Positions 25,787 to 39,445 of a stretch of 64,000 nucleotides of DNA are shown here, one piece after another. Position 1 is the stretch's first letter, and every line of letters begins with the position of its first letter. The notes below the pieces were generated by a model that saw nothing but the letters and a program-made list of their open reading frames with translations, made no database searches and was not told the origin of the DNA. A program made the translations under genes and the position numbers. Origin of the DNA: Octopus sinensis (taxonomy: Eukaryota); assembly GCF_006345805.1 (NCBI RefSeq), contig NC_042998.1:132990001-133054000 (forward strand). The letters run 5' to 3'.

Positions 25787-26071
25787 CAGTGGTTCTCAAC
25801 CGGGGTCCACATGACCCTTAGGGAGCCATGGCCATACTTCTACAGTACACAACATATTTTAATAACTTTTTTTATACAGTTCCTAATAATATTTAATTAT
25901 AAAGCTATAATTTTTTAAACATAGGAGTAGGAATGGCTGTATTGTAATTAGTTTGCTTACCAACCACGTGGTTCCGGGTTCAGTCCCACTGCGTTATGGT
26001 TATGAGTGTTCACCCTAGGAAAACAGGAATCAAAGGGATCCAAAGGCAAAAAAAATGGCTGAGAACAAGTG
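25787..26071 (+). mobile_element. hAT (Charlie-like) MITE with a nested SINE head
   Basis: Termini CAGTGGTTCTCAACC and GGCTGAGAACAAGTG; flanks ATCTAAGC and GTCTAAAC are a degenerate 8-bp TSD; family-1 SINE 5' fragment at ~25922-25994. Confidence 0.65.
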
Positions 26072-26340
26072 GTCTAAACTGTAAAGATTCCTTTGCTCGG
26101 GACTTTATCAATTTGCGATCCTGCCAATGGTTAAGACCCCGGAGAAGTTACACAACAGTATGTAAAATGTAGATAATATAACACGAGGCATGCTGGACTT
26201 CGTATTTCAAAATGTTATTGAACTATTTGAGCTGTGCAAGGTTAGCTTTCATGCTCAACTTAGTTAGCTTTCATGCTCAACTCTATTATTCTTGAAACAT
26301 CACGCACTTTGACCAATCCTTCAGTTTTGGGGATAAGGAA

Positions 26341-26870
26341 ATGCTTTGGGGAAGCATAGAAAGTGATGGTTCAAAAGATTTGGTTAAAATTGACGGTAAC
26401 TTCGTCCAGTTGCTGAAGGACAATTTGATACCAGACTACGATGAAGTTGAGATTTTTCAGCATGTCGGAGCTCTATGCCACAGATCGCGTGCAACAGGAC
26501 AGAGTCTGGCTGATGACGGTTTTACCGTATTGAAAGATTGACCAGCTCAGAGCCCTGACTTAAATATCATCGAGCAAACGTGAACAGAACTAAAGAGAAG
26601 AGTTCGTGAGAAGAATCTACACACTCTTGAAGAGATGTAGGAGAATGGTATCTCATACCTGTGAAGATGACGAAGGATTTGTATGCAACTCTTCCCAGGT
26701 GCATTGAAGCAATTATTCAAGCCAAGGGAAGTCACGTAAAATATTAACAATGTACAGTAACTTCTTAAAATGAACATTATGCAATTAATTTTCATTATAG
26801 ACATTCTTCTGTTTTAAAACACTGTACCTCGGTTGGTTTATGTGAGGTGGCCGAAACATTTTGCACGGTC
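26341..26870 (+). mobile_element. Tc1-like transposase C-terminal remnant
   Basis: MLWGSIESDGSKDLVKIDG...IFQHVGALCHRS...PAQSPDLNIIEQ...LPRCIEAIIQAKGSHVKY*. Confidence 0.85.
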
Positions 26871-27063
26871 ATTTTTGTTGGTCCTTTCATATCTTCCCCT
26901 CTCATTCAGAACCCCTACTACAAAATATTATGATTAGGTATGGAAATGACTCCAACAGGGCCAAAGTTTCAATATAAATGTTGGTTGGTTGGTTGGTTGG
27001 TTGGTTGGTTGGTTGGTTGGCTGGTTGGATGGTTGATTTGTCCAGTCATGTTTTACACTGCAT

Positions 27064-27094
<31 letters not shown>

Positions 27095-27393
27095 CGAGAG
27101 AGAGTGAGTGAATGAGAGAGAGAGAGAAGGGTGGAGAGAGCGAGAGATACACAGATGGAGAATAACAGACGACAGAGACAGTTAACATAAAGGTGCAGAA
27201 AGGATGCACATACTAGGCTTAGTGGTAGGCAATGAGTAAAAGTACGCTAAACATAGTGAAAGAGAAAGTATCATAGACACAGACGAAAAAAACGGAGGTG
27301 GAGAGAGTGTAAATGATAGAATATTTATGAAAGGAGTTCAAAATACAACAAGGATTAGCATATATATATATATATATATATATAGATATATAT

Positions 27394-27436
<43 letters not shown>

Positions 27437-27640
27437 CTGCAGGAATGCAGTATTTAATATATTTAATTCTAGTCTTTTGAAAATTAGTATTCATTTTATC
27501 ATTTTGAATAAGCAGCAAGAAATTTAATAAAACATATTTTCCATAATTACTCATGGTGGAAAAAGCATACTTCTAAACTCGTCCATCATATGATGGGAAA
27601 CGCTTTAGTATAAACACACACACACACATAGATAAATAAA

Positions 27641-27677
<37 letters not shown>

Positions 27678-28494
27678 CTAGATAGATAGATACATACATA
27701 CATACATACATACATACGTACACAAATTAATATATATATATAATGTTCACAAATATTTTATATTCTTCAGTGTGTGTGTGTGTGTGTTCGTTTCATAAAT
27801 AAATGCATATGTAATTACTCATAGACACCTTCATAGACTCAGACATACATACCTTATTATACATACATACAAACATGTATATACATGTATGCCTACATAC
27901 ATGTGTACGTACATGCATACCTGGGTCCATGCAATACACATATATACGCATAGCAAAATACACACAGGTATTTTACACACGAGCTTTGTGCTATTTCATC
28001 AATAAAAACAATCAAAGCAAACGGGAGCACATATATGTCCAGAGGTAAAACAACAACAACAACAACAACATCAACAACAGTAACAACAACAATATCAAAA
28101 CAAAATAACAATACCAACAACAAAGAAAAAAAAACAGCCCCCGTACACTCACACTAAATAAATGAAAAAATAACAGAAGAATGCAATTGAACAGAACATA
28201 CAGAAAGAATTAAAGGAGAAGAGAGACTACAGTTTTAATGAAAGTGGTTTCAAGTTGATCGGTAAACACGAAAAACCAGTTTTAATTGTTCATTATCTCC
28301 ATTTTATCCACTTCTTACTTCATGTTGTAGAAGGAAACAAGCTTCATTCCACAAACATTCAACGTAATTTGGCTTTCAACTTTTCTTTATTCTTTTTTTC
28401 CCCTTTTTACTTACTATGGCGTCATATTTGTTCTGTGTTTGTTTCTTTCCTTGTGCTCATATTACGATTACGATTCGTTATTTTCTTATTCTGA

Positions 28495-28525
<31 letters not shown>

Positions 28526-28550
28526 TGTATATATATATATAATATATATA

Positions 28551-28586
<36 letters not shown>

Positions 28587-28588
28587 TG

Positions 28589-28669
<81 letters not shown>

Positions 28670-31600
28670 GTATATATGTATGTATATATGCATGTATGTC
28701 TGTATGGAAGCCTCGAGCCCAGAGAAATATGTATGTATATATTCATGCATATATGTATTCATATATGTGTCTACATATGCATATGTGTGTGCGCGCATGC
28801 GTGTATTTGTGTGCATCAATTTCTTCAAATCCCACTTCCGGTGCTTTTTATGTAATAATAGTATTGGTAAATGGTTTTGTCTCATCCTTTATTCTATAGT
28901 TCCTTAACTAAATTTGGGCATAAGTTTGTCCAAACACCAACGAAGCATATGCTTAAGATCTTCCCAGGCATCAGGTAACATTACCATTTATTTACTGCTT
29001 GCATAATGACGGAATTTTTCTTGAATTCCTGAACAAATTAATGTTTATCATCAGTCGCTATAATCAATGACTAAGTTTTTCTGAGCTATTATCTCGAAGA
29101 CAAAGATGAAAATCTGATCCATGGGCTTCCTTAGTGAAGTTCTGTTTTGTGGAATGAAGAGAACTTCAAGAGATATAGTTTGGAATGAGTCAAAATTTAA
29201 AAGGTCTGAAGCGTTGTTCAAAAACAAAAGTGTCCTGGGTTCGAAATTATGCTACTTACAGCAACGGTCGAGTTGAAATGTTCCACGATCCGTTAAGGTA
29301 AGATAAAAAAAAAAGAAAAACTTCATCCTGTGAGAGATAAATATCATATAATGCACACAATATTAAAATACGAGCTACTAAAGAATGGCACCCTGCTAAA
29401 CCCATTTCCATATAACAAGTAGAGTAAATTTGGAGACACTGATTGGAATATCAGAAAACTGGATATGTAATGGTTCCTGTTGTATTCGCTCCTAACAAGA
29501 ATATGAGACGAACTTCTTCTTTCTAGCATAGTACCTGTTTGCTCCTTTGGCATATCCACTTATCCATTTCCCCCACCCACTGATCCTCTTCAATAGGGTC
29601 TTCCTAAAAGAAGCAGCCGTAATTAGGCTTTCCGAGTGGGTTCCCAAGTATGACCCAACCATCTCGCTCCTGGTCTACCCCTAGATCTGCCGATTAGTTT
29701 GGTTGGAAGAATCCGTCTTGCGATTCATTACTGTGACATTTGTTCAAAGCACCTGAGCTGTGATCTCACAATGCAGAGAAGTAGAGACTTTTCGGAAAAA
29801 AAACCCCCATCTCGGCCGCTTGTATTCGCGATCGTACTCTTTCAGGCATTGCCCAACACTCATGGCCATAGATGCAGATAGTCACGAAAACCAAACCGAA
29901 GGTAGCGTGTTCTTTGCTTTTGGTTTTTGTTTTTTTTTAACAGTCTCATCTCATCTGAAGATCGAATGTTAGGGCTAGCTCATTACTGCCGTACCAAAAG
30001 TATTAAAATTATAGAGAGTATATATTTTAAAGTGTATATTTACCTTTTTATATGCCTTTCAATGGTGCTAGAAATTCCAATGCCGCCCATATATCAGCAC
30101 TTGCTAATTTATCTGTTATACGGAAGTTGTTTCTTGAATTTTTTAAAACCATTCACGTGAAGTAGCAAATGTTTGAGTGGCTTCCTCGGTTTCTTATTTC
30201 AACTACTTACAAAAATTTAAACCTTTTTTGCTAGATGATAGCCTGGAAGAGTAAAGTGGCATATCTGCTCAAACACTTAACATTTTCCCACTTATTTTCC
30301 ATGGTTTTACTTTGCCTGTTTGTTTACAAGCGATTTGCTCACTTAAATTTCGGTTCCTCACAATCTTCATTTCTTATCCAGTTTTTACATTTTCTATAAC
30401 CTTTAACTCGAAATCATGTAACAATGCTCTACGCGCACATATTATGACGATGAAGCAAGAAAATTGAATTAATTAGAAAAAAACGCAATATATTAAGAAA
30501 AGTGATATAGTGTAACACGAGTGTAAACACTCGACAGCGCAAGAGCACACCAAGTATGTTCTGCTGGTTAGCTTCTTTTATGGGCGATAATATAAAAAAG
30601 GAATGCATCCTTATACATTCAAATCTAAGCAGTGAATTCGAAGGATGACTAGCATCGAGAATGCTGAGTTTGTTTTTTTTTTAGCTCGTAATCTTGACTG
30701 TTAAATAGTTTCATTACAATGAGGCATTGTTCACAAAACAATAAAACACGACTTCGATGTACATATATATTAAATTAATTACATAATTACATGCATATAT
30801 ATGTGTGTATATATATATGCATGTGTGTGTGTTCCCTAATGGGACATATATATATATATATATATACTTATATAAGTATGAATGTAATTATGTGTGTATG
30901 TACGTATTTATGTATGTATTATGTATGTGTGTATGTATGTTTGTATATATGTATGTCTCTTCTGTTTTATGATAATTAAAAAAATAGAAGTGACATACAT
31001 ACGTACATACAACATAAATACATTCATGCATATATAAGCATACATATATATAAGCATATATATATATATATATATAAGCATATATATGTTCCGTTAAGCT
31101 AAGATAAAAAAAATACTCCATCCTGTGAGAGATAAATGTTATATAATGTACACAGTATAAAGATACGAGCTATTAATAGCTTTTTGCACTGAGATGCGGG
31201 TCCAGGTAGGATTTTATAACATGCTTTGTGTATATATGCATTTATAAATATATAAATGAAGTCAATACATGTATCGATAATTAGAACGCAGTTAACACGT
31301 ACGTTTCGGATAATTGCGCAATATAATGACGATAGAAATTCATGTCTTACACAAAATCTTCATCCGTTAAAACAAATCAATATACACATACACATATATG
31401 TATATATACATACATGTATATATACATACATGTATATATACATATATACATATATACATATACATATACATACATATATATATATATACAGAAGCAAATA
31501 TATGCAAATATATGCAAATGAAAAATAGGAAAATGGAGATATTGAAGTTAATAAGAAATCGTTAATTTATCTCTTACAGCTGTTTTGATTAAACTGGTGA

Positions 31601-32601
31601 AGTTAGATAAATATTAAAATCATGTTTCTGAGCATAATCTCTTCAGGTGTAGATAAAAAATATTACCCTTAGATATTTTGTGTGCTAGTTTTTAGAATCA
31701 TCACGGCAGACTGATGATTCTGCCATCATGATTCTACAAACCAACACACAAAACATCTAAGGCTATATTCTTTTCGCCCTCTGAAGAGATTATGCTCAAA
31801 AATATGATTTTATATTTATTTAACATCACTGAGCTTAATTGAAATAGCCGTAGGCATAATGATCGATTTTTTGCTGATAATAATCTCTTATTAACTATCT
31901 CCAGTTTCTTATTTTTCATTTGCATGATTATAAACCATGGTTTATATATATAAACCTGTTATTTTATGCATATTAAATTCTCCAATAAAATATTAGATAT
32001 CGAATCAATATTTCCTTGTATGACACCATCCCTTCAAGAAACCAACATAACTTCTAAGTGAATTCTATAAACATTATATATATATAAACACACACACATA
32101 CACACACACACACACACATATATATAAACACATATATATAAACACATAAACACCCGCGTATACATGTATACAAGCATATACATAAAGGACCTCCGTCGGG
32201 GTCGACGAAGTATATTTAGTTCTTCGATAAACTGAACGGCCTACTCATTGAATTGTTATGTATGTGGCCAAATCATGCCATTGTCGCACAGTTACACGTG
32301 CTCTTGATAGAATGCTCAAGTAGAGTCGTCGGGACACATAGCAAGAAGGCTGCAACTTTAAATTACACGTACAGTTAGAGTGCAAACGGATGTTCACGCA
32401 GTTTCCATTTTACCAGTTTCTTTAAGACTTGAGTGAACTCGATTCTATGCTACAGAAAGAACTTAATGAATAAGATAAAAAATATTATCTAGATAAGAAC
32501 AAAAATGACAAAAATGCACAGAGACAGACATTGGTATTAAGAGAAAAATGCTGACAAAGCAAAAATATGTTGCTTTCATCATCAGAGAACGGGCTGAGAC
32601 G

Positions 32602-32633
<32 letters not shown>

Positions 32634-33094
32634 ATGCGCGTGTGTGTGTGTGTGACTAAAGCAAGACTACCTGTATGTAATGCTTTTGAAAAAACTCAAT
32701 GAAATATTTTTTTTTAAATAATCTAAAGTCGTGTTTTAATCTTAGTTGTAATCGGTTCACAAGGAGGAGGCAAATTTCAAGCTTTGCTTTGTCTGTAAAG
32801 AAACTCCGAATATTTTGTTTTTCCTCTGGTATATGATACTTCAGCCTGATGCAATACTTATATTTTGAGCATGTTTTCGGAAAATCTTAGCTGGTATTGG
32901 AATATGAGTAGAATATCGTGTTGTATGTCATTCATCAAAATCATTGCCATTATCTTTGTGTGTGTGTGTAAGTGTGTGCGCGCGCGTGTGTATGTATGTG
33001 TGAGTGTGCGTATAAAGCTGATATTGAGCATTTTAACCACCAACTCCGTCTTATAGAATTCTTCGCAATAAGGATATAAAGGACGAATCAATTG

Positions 33095-35090
33095 TCAGAA
33101 ATAAATCCCACTTCATCTACTACAAGGGGAATGACTAACATTTAGACGCATATATGGACACAATTTCGAAACTTCCCCTAAGTACCCATAAATGTAAACA
33201 AAACCTTCGTGAAGAAGAAAAGGAAGCCTTACTGACACTAAAGAATGACAATTCAATCATCCTAAAAGAAGTCGATAACGGAGGGCGATAGTAATCCTGG
33301 ACAAAGCCTACTATAAAGATAAAATATTGGAAATTCTAACAGACCAAACCTACTACCAGGAAGGACCAAGACACCCGGAAAAGCAATAATGAATAAAATC
33401 AAAGTACTAATTAATGCCTACCAAGATTCCTTTACAGACAAAGAGAAAGATTATTCATGCAACTCTGTAATCAAAGAGAGAAATCCACAAAGCCCCGAAA
33501 TACAGAGAGCCATAAATGTGCAGAGGAACCAATACACAAAAATAGTAAGACTTACTGATCTCAAACTGGAACCAATAGTTTCTGGACCTCAAGCGCCAAC
33601 ACAACAGCCATTTTTTGGACATATTCCTAAAACCCTTATGCCCATTAATACCCAGCTGTATACAGGACGGTATAGATTTCTTCCAGCACGTTCCACCCAA
33701 GGTCCCAGAAGGTACTATACTTACAAGCTTTGTTGTCACCGACCTTTATACCGAATTACCTCATACTTTGGGCCTGGAAGCAGTCAAACACTGGGTTGAG
33801 AAACATAGGGGACGGATAAATGAACACTTCATAACTGACTTCATCACCAAGGCCACACGCCTGGTACTAGAAGAAAACACCTTCAGATTCGATAATAAAG
33901 CATATCGACAGTTAAAGGGCACGGCTATGGTGACGCGGTTTGCATCCTCATATGCTAACCTAGTCATGGGATACTTGGAAAAAAAGCTTTATGAGGAAGT
34001 GGAGAGAGCTTTTAACCAGGATTGCAAGAAATACGTCATTAAAAAGTGGAAACGCTTCCTAGATGACTGCTTCATCTTTTGGGACAAATAAACATATTTT
34101 ACAAAAAAAAAAATAATAATAATAATAACAATGATAATGGACACGCACCAATATTTGAATCTGTACTCTTGCCATCCCTCACACATCAAAAGGAACATCC
34201 CATATAGCAAGGCAAGACGTATCAGCACTATAGTGACTGACCCCCAAGCTACATCAAATCCGATTCAACGAGCTCAAAGACGTTCTAACAAAACAGAAAT
34301 GCACATTAGGATTAATAAACGAGGGAATTTAAAAAGCAATGAAGCTGAGTATCGCGCAACTAAGGACATCAAAGGAAATAATTAATGAACACACGATTCC
34401 ATTTATTAAAACGCACAATTCTGGGATAGCCAACATCTTGCATACCATAAAATCAAACTTACCTATACTTCTACAAAAGCCCCAAAATGAAAGATCTGAT
34501 TGATAAAAAAGACCCTTACGAAACTTTAGGCGTCAACTAAAAAATCTCAAAAGACACCTCACAAGAGCAAAATTCACATCAGGGAATAAATAAGAATCCT
34601 CCGTAAAAGCATGTGGAGATAGTAGATGTGGAACATACAACAACAACAACAACTTTAAATATTTAGAAAGCGGTTCCTACATAAAATTTAGGAGCGGATT
34701 CTCATTCAAAGTAAATGTAAATATGAATTGCAAGATACAGAATCTCATATACTGTATTACTTGTCCTAGCTGCAATGAAAATTACGCTGGCGAAACAAAC
34801 AATTCCTTTGGCCAACTTGCAAGAATCCACAGACAGCACATCCGACAAGAGGAATTACGCAAAATTCCACTGAGCAAGCATCTGGAGAAATCTTTCCCAT
34901 TTACAAATGTTCAGGATATAGCCCAAAATTCTTCAAAAAATTCTCTCCAGCATTAGATGTTTGAAAGCGAAGCAGAAAGACTACAATTTTCGATTAAACC
35001 TCACCAAGTTAAATATTTAAACCACCTGATGAATGACTGTAACTCGAAAAATTTAAAGAAATTAACAGCCATGAAACGATCGTAGTGTTA
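33095..35090 (+). mobile_element. Penelope-like retroelement (RT + GIY-YIG), degenerate, with 3' hammerhead
   Basis: RT motifs DLYTELPH, QLKGTAM...YANLVMG and WKRFLDDCFIFW (33615-34091); HPSHIKRNIPYS; GIY-YIG MNCKIQNLIYCITCPSCNENYAGET (34723-34956). Confidence 0.92.
35023..35087 (+). ncRNA. Type I hammerhead ribozyme motif at PLE 3' end
   Basis: cac-CTGATGA-atgactgt[24 nt]acagccat-GAAAC-GATC-GTA-gtg. Core is complete; stem II has 8 bp with one mismatch; stem III is the palindrome ACGATCGT; stem I is cac/gtg. Confidence 0.7.
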
Positions 35091-35304
35091 TATTAATTAT
35101 ATTTTTTAATAATTTTGTTATATATTTGAATAATATAAATTAAATAATTTTATGTATTGGCTTAAGTTTTTCATTGTATGATTTGCCTAATAGTGGTTTT
35201 ATCTCTAATTTAATATAATATATTTTACTATAAAATTGGATTCAATCCTAAATCTGATTTTTCCCTGTAAGTTTGGATTTATTCCCTAATATTATATATA
35301 TATA

Positions 35305-35602
35305 TCACGTGACCGACCAGGCTATCAGATGTTGCTACACATCGCTGGTCACAATGCGCTTCGCATTGTTTTAGCTATCAAGTGACGCCACCCCGCTGGC
35401 TAAGCGAGCAGGCCAACGGAAGAAAGAGTGAGAGAAAGTTGTGGCGAAAGAGTACAGCAGGGATCGCTACCACCCCCTACTGGAGCTTCGTGGAGCTCTA
35501 GGTGGTTTCGCTCAATAAACACTCACAAAGCCCGGTCTAGGAATCGAAACCGCGATCCTACGACCTCGAGTCCGCTTCCCTAACCACTGGGCCATTGCGC
35601 CT

Positions 35603-35605
<3 letters not shown>
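35305..35605 (-). mobile_element. tRNA-derived SINE, family 4 (tail type A)
   Basis: Minus-strand head GTGGAGGCGCAATGGCCCAGTGGTTAGGG...GGTTTCGATTCC shared with 44620-45011. Confidence 0.85.
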
Positions 35606-35651
<46 letters not shown>

Positions 35652-35672
35652 CACGTACACACACACACACAA

Positions 35673-35746
<74 letters not shown>

Positions 35747-37205
35747 GTTTATTTGTGCTCTATCAATTCTCCCACACATATATATGGCTGATTTCAGTAG
35801 GACCAACACCTGAATTCATGACCTAACGAATGTGCTTCTAGGTGGTTGCTTGGCCTATCAGAAATAGTTGTAAATTTTTCTATCAAATCATAACCCGCTG
35901 CCTTGAAAAAGATTTAGACCTCAAATAATGCTGTGGTGGTTGCACTAAGCTTAAAAATAAAATGAGATAGTTACTGCTAGAAAATATTTCATCACAGTAT
36001 GTTGTATTAGGCCGACCTGGAACTGTACAATAACAAAACAAAAATAATAAAGAACAACACCTAAATTTTAAGTGTTATTAACAAGAAACTCTCCCCCTCA
36101 TATACAAATATGTGTCATTGTACCTTTGTTGACTCAACATCAGGAGAAGAAGTACATATTTATTTTGCATTGAGAGTCTTCTACACAAGAATGTGGAGAG
36201 AGGATTTCATTTCTAATTGTTATATTTTACTTTCTTTCATATTATACTTTTCCTTTTACTTCAGTCAACATTTTCCGATTATGTTTTGCTGTAAGCGTGT
36301 GTTACATTTAATGTTTGTCTTTAGGTAAACTTTTTATCCTTTTTTGACCAATTTTATATATCTTATTAACAGAGTGGTGTTATATTGGTAATTGAAGGAA
36401 TCTTTATTATGTATAAAATAAACATATGTACTTAAGTATTTCATGTACTATCACAATATTGGATTTTTAAAGACAGCAATGAGATATTGTGGTGTATATT
36501 TCGTTTTTATAAAATTACATAAAATGATTTAGCTCAGTTAAACATTAAAATAATCTTTTAAGAAAACAGTGCAAACTCTGGGGATGCTTTGGGATGCTGT
36601 AGTTTTAATCAAGTACAGAACTTAAATGAAAGATTTCTTCGTGTACGAATGGTTGCAAAACAAATTTGAAAGAATTTTAATCCAGAACCTAAATAGCAAG
36701 TAATAGTAACGACAATTTGCTGTTAAAATAATAGTGATATTTAAATAAAAGTTAGAAAGTTTAAAATAGCTTAAAATACACAAGATTTTAGATAGTACAG
36801 ATACATTTGCTAATTAAACAAAATGTCTAGAGAAGACAAAGGCAATCATTTTAGTAAATGCAATTCTTATGATTCTTGATAGAAAATATACCTGCATGTA
36901 TTATTTTAGTGTGAAATTTAACGTTAAGCAAGAGAGTGCAAGTACCTTGCTTATCGTTAAGTTCCGCAATTGTGTTTTTACTATAAATTTTGCCTTTCTT
37001 TTCATTCTTTAAACTAGGTGATTGTAGGTGTTATCACACACGCATATGCACATATACACTAGCATTCATGCATACACTCATACATAAACACATATACATA
37101 TATATATATATATACCTACATACATATGCGAGTGTTGTGTGTGTGCTTGTATACATATATGTATGCATATACATACATATATATATATATACGTGTGTAA
37201 AGTGA

Positions 37206-37445
37206 AGGCGTGTGGCTTAGTGGTAAAGTTGTTAGAATCATGAACGCAAGATTGTAGTTTCGATTCCTGGTCCTGGTTATGCGTTGTGTTATTGAGCAAA
37301 TCACTTCATTTCTCGTTGCACCAACCCACTCAGCTGGCATAACTGAGTCATCCTGCGAGAGACCGGCGGCCTGTCTAATGCGGAGATGTATACGCCATAG
37401 GAACAGGCATTGTGAACTTTAGGCTCGGAAGGGACTTTTGATCCT
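37206..37445 (+). mobile_element. Diverged tRNA-derived SINE (family 3-like)
   Basis: GAAGGCGTGTGGCTTAGTGGTAAAG...GTTTCGATTCC...TTGAGCAAATCACTTCATTTCTCGTTGC. Confidence 0.7.
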
Positions 37446-37527
37446 TGTTTTTATCCTTGATACATTTATATATGCATGTATATGTTTATACATGTGTGTA
37501 TATTTGTGTATGCACATACACACACAC

Positions 37528-37573
<46 letters not shown>

Positions 37574-38355
37574 ACATATGATAACGATGGAAGCGGTATT
37601 AATACTACAAAGCAATATTTATATCCGACTTAACGTGGATGTTGGGCTAGAATATCGAGTATTGCATTACTTACCCTGCAAGGGTATTTCGTATGGCCGC
37701 AGAGCCCGAGCAGGATGAAATCACGTGATCTAGAAGTTTGCCGCCCGTAGAATACGATTTTCGTTTATCGGCAGTTCCTATGCCAGTAGAAAATATTTCG
37801 TGATTTATTCATATGATGGTGATCAATGCCAAAAAATGTATATGTACATACATACATGCACAAATACATACATATATGTTGTACATTAATGATCAAGATT
37901 ATACCCTTAAGCTATATTTAGTATTTTATACTAAAGAGAAAGTACAGTGTTCATAGCCGTTTATCTTTTGAGGGTCTCAGAATTTGGTGGGAAGGAAGAG
38001 TGAAATTAACCTGAAGCCAGAAACCTTGCTCGAATGCTGGTAATAGCATGAATTCCATTAAAAGCACGAAAGACCATAACATGGAGTTAAACGGGTGACG
38101 GACCGATTAAGTATCCGTTTCGATAGAGGTTACAGTTTAGGGGTTAAGGTTTCGGTTACTCTTGGGGACTAGGCACAGATTTAGATTAGGTAAGGTATCT
38201 TGTATTTTCTGTATTGTATTTGTGAAAGAAACATTATTTCTATTGTATACCATTCAGAAATATTAAAAGAATTTTCTAAAATGCAGATGAAATTAAAATT
38301 TGGGCTTGCATTTTGAGCAACAAACCATCCCCCCAACACACACAAAGACGGCACT

Positions 38356-38456
<101 letters not shown>

Positions 38457-38651
38457 ATATCTCTCTCTATGTATCTATCTATCTATTCACACATACATCC
38501 CATACACACGGCACACAATTATACATACACGCACACAATTATACATACCTATATATACACACATACGCACGTACAAGCACACACACACATACACTAAGTA
38601 AAGCACAGTTATTCGCCACACACCCAAACTCTACGCATACACACACGAACA

Positions 38652-38690
<39 letters not shown>

Positions 38691-38944
38691 CAAACAAAAC
38701 GCACACACGATACATATACATACACGCGCGCTCACACATGCTTCATTGTACTGATCTGTGGCAGAGACAAAAACACCACTCCTTATTCTTACAAACTAAC
38801 CAGCTACTAGCCTGTTGTTTACAGCCACAACCACATACACATAAACACGTGTCATCATTGCACACACGCACACACACGCACACACAGAACTCCGCGCACG
38901 CACACATCCACACTTACACACACATTCCCCCTCCTACATTCCGC

Positions 38945-39262
38945 TTTCTTTGACCATTCTACTCTTCTGTCTTTGAAAACTCTTCTGTCTTTGAAAACTC
39001 TTCTGTCTTTGAAAACATCTTTCTTCACCCTTTCTCCTTCCGGTCTTTCAAAATGTGACCTCGTGTGTACCGTTGGCGATTTTTTTTCCTTTGTCTTCCC
39101 TTCTCTGGATCTTTCCTTCACCTATGTTTCCGACGAAGAGCTCCGCTCGAAACGTTAAACCCTCCTTCTTTCCTTCTTTCCTGAGCGTCCAATAATACTA
39201 TATTTGTTCCACGTCCTCGCGTTGTTGTGTTTTTTGTGTTTTCTTGTTTGGATTAACTTTAT
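38945..39262 (+). mobile_element. PLE-type terminal fragment with a minimal hammerhead-like motif and a triple 18-bp repeat
   Basis: (CTCTTCTGTCTTTGAAAA)x3 at ~38965-39018; motif GTTT-CCGACGA-A-GAGC-TCC-GCTC-GAAACGTT-AAAC at 39126-39160. Confidence 0.55.
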
Positions 39263-39335
<73 letters not shown>

Positions 39336-39445
39336 CATATCTATCTAGCTATAGATACATATATATATATGTATGTGTGTGCGCGCGCGTATGTGTGTGT
39401 GTGTGTATGTATGTATGTATATATGTATGTAAGTATGTATGTATG

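Noticed and set aside
26506-26545. CTGATGA-CGGT-ttt-ACCG...GAAA hammerhead look-alike
   Set aside because: It lies inside Tc1 coding sequence, has extra bases before GAAA, and has no stem III or stem I.
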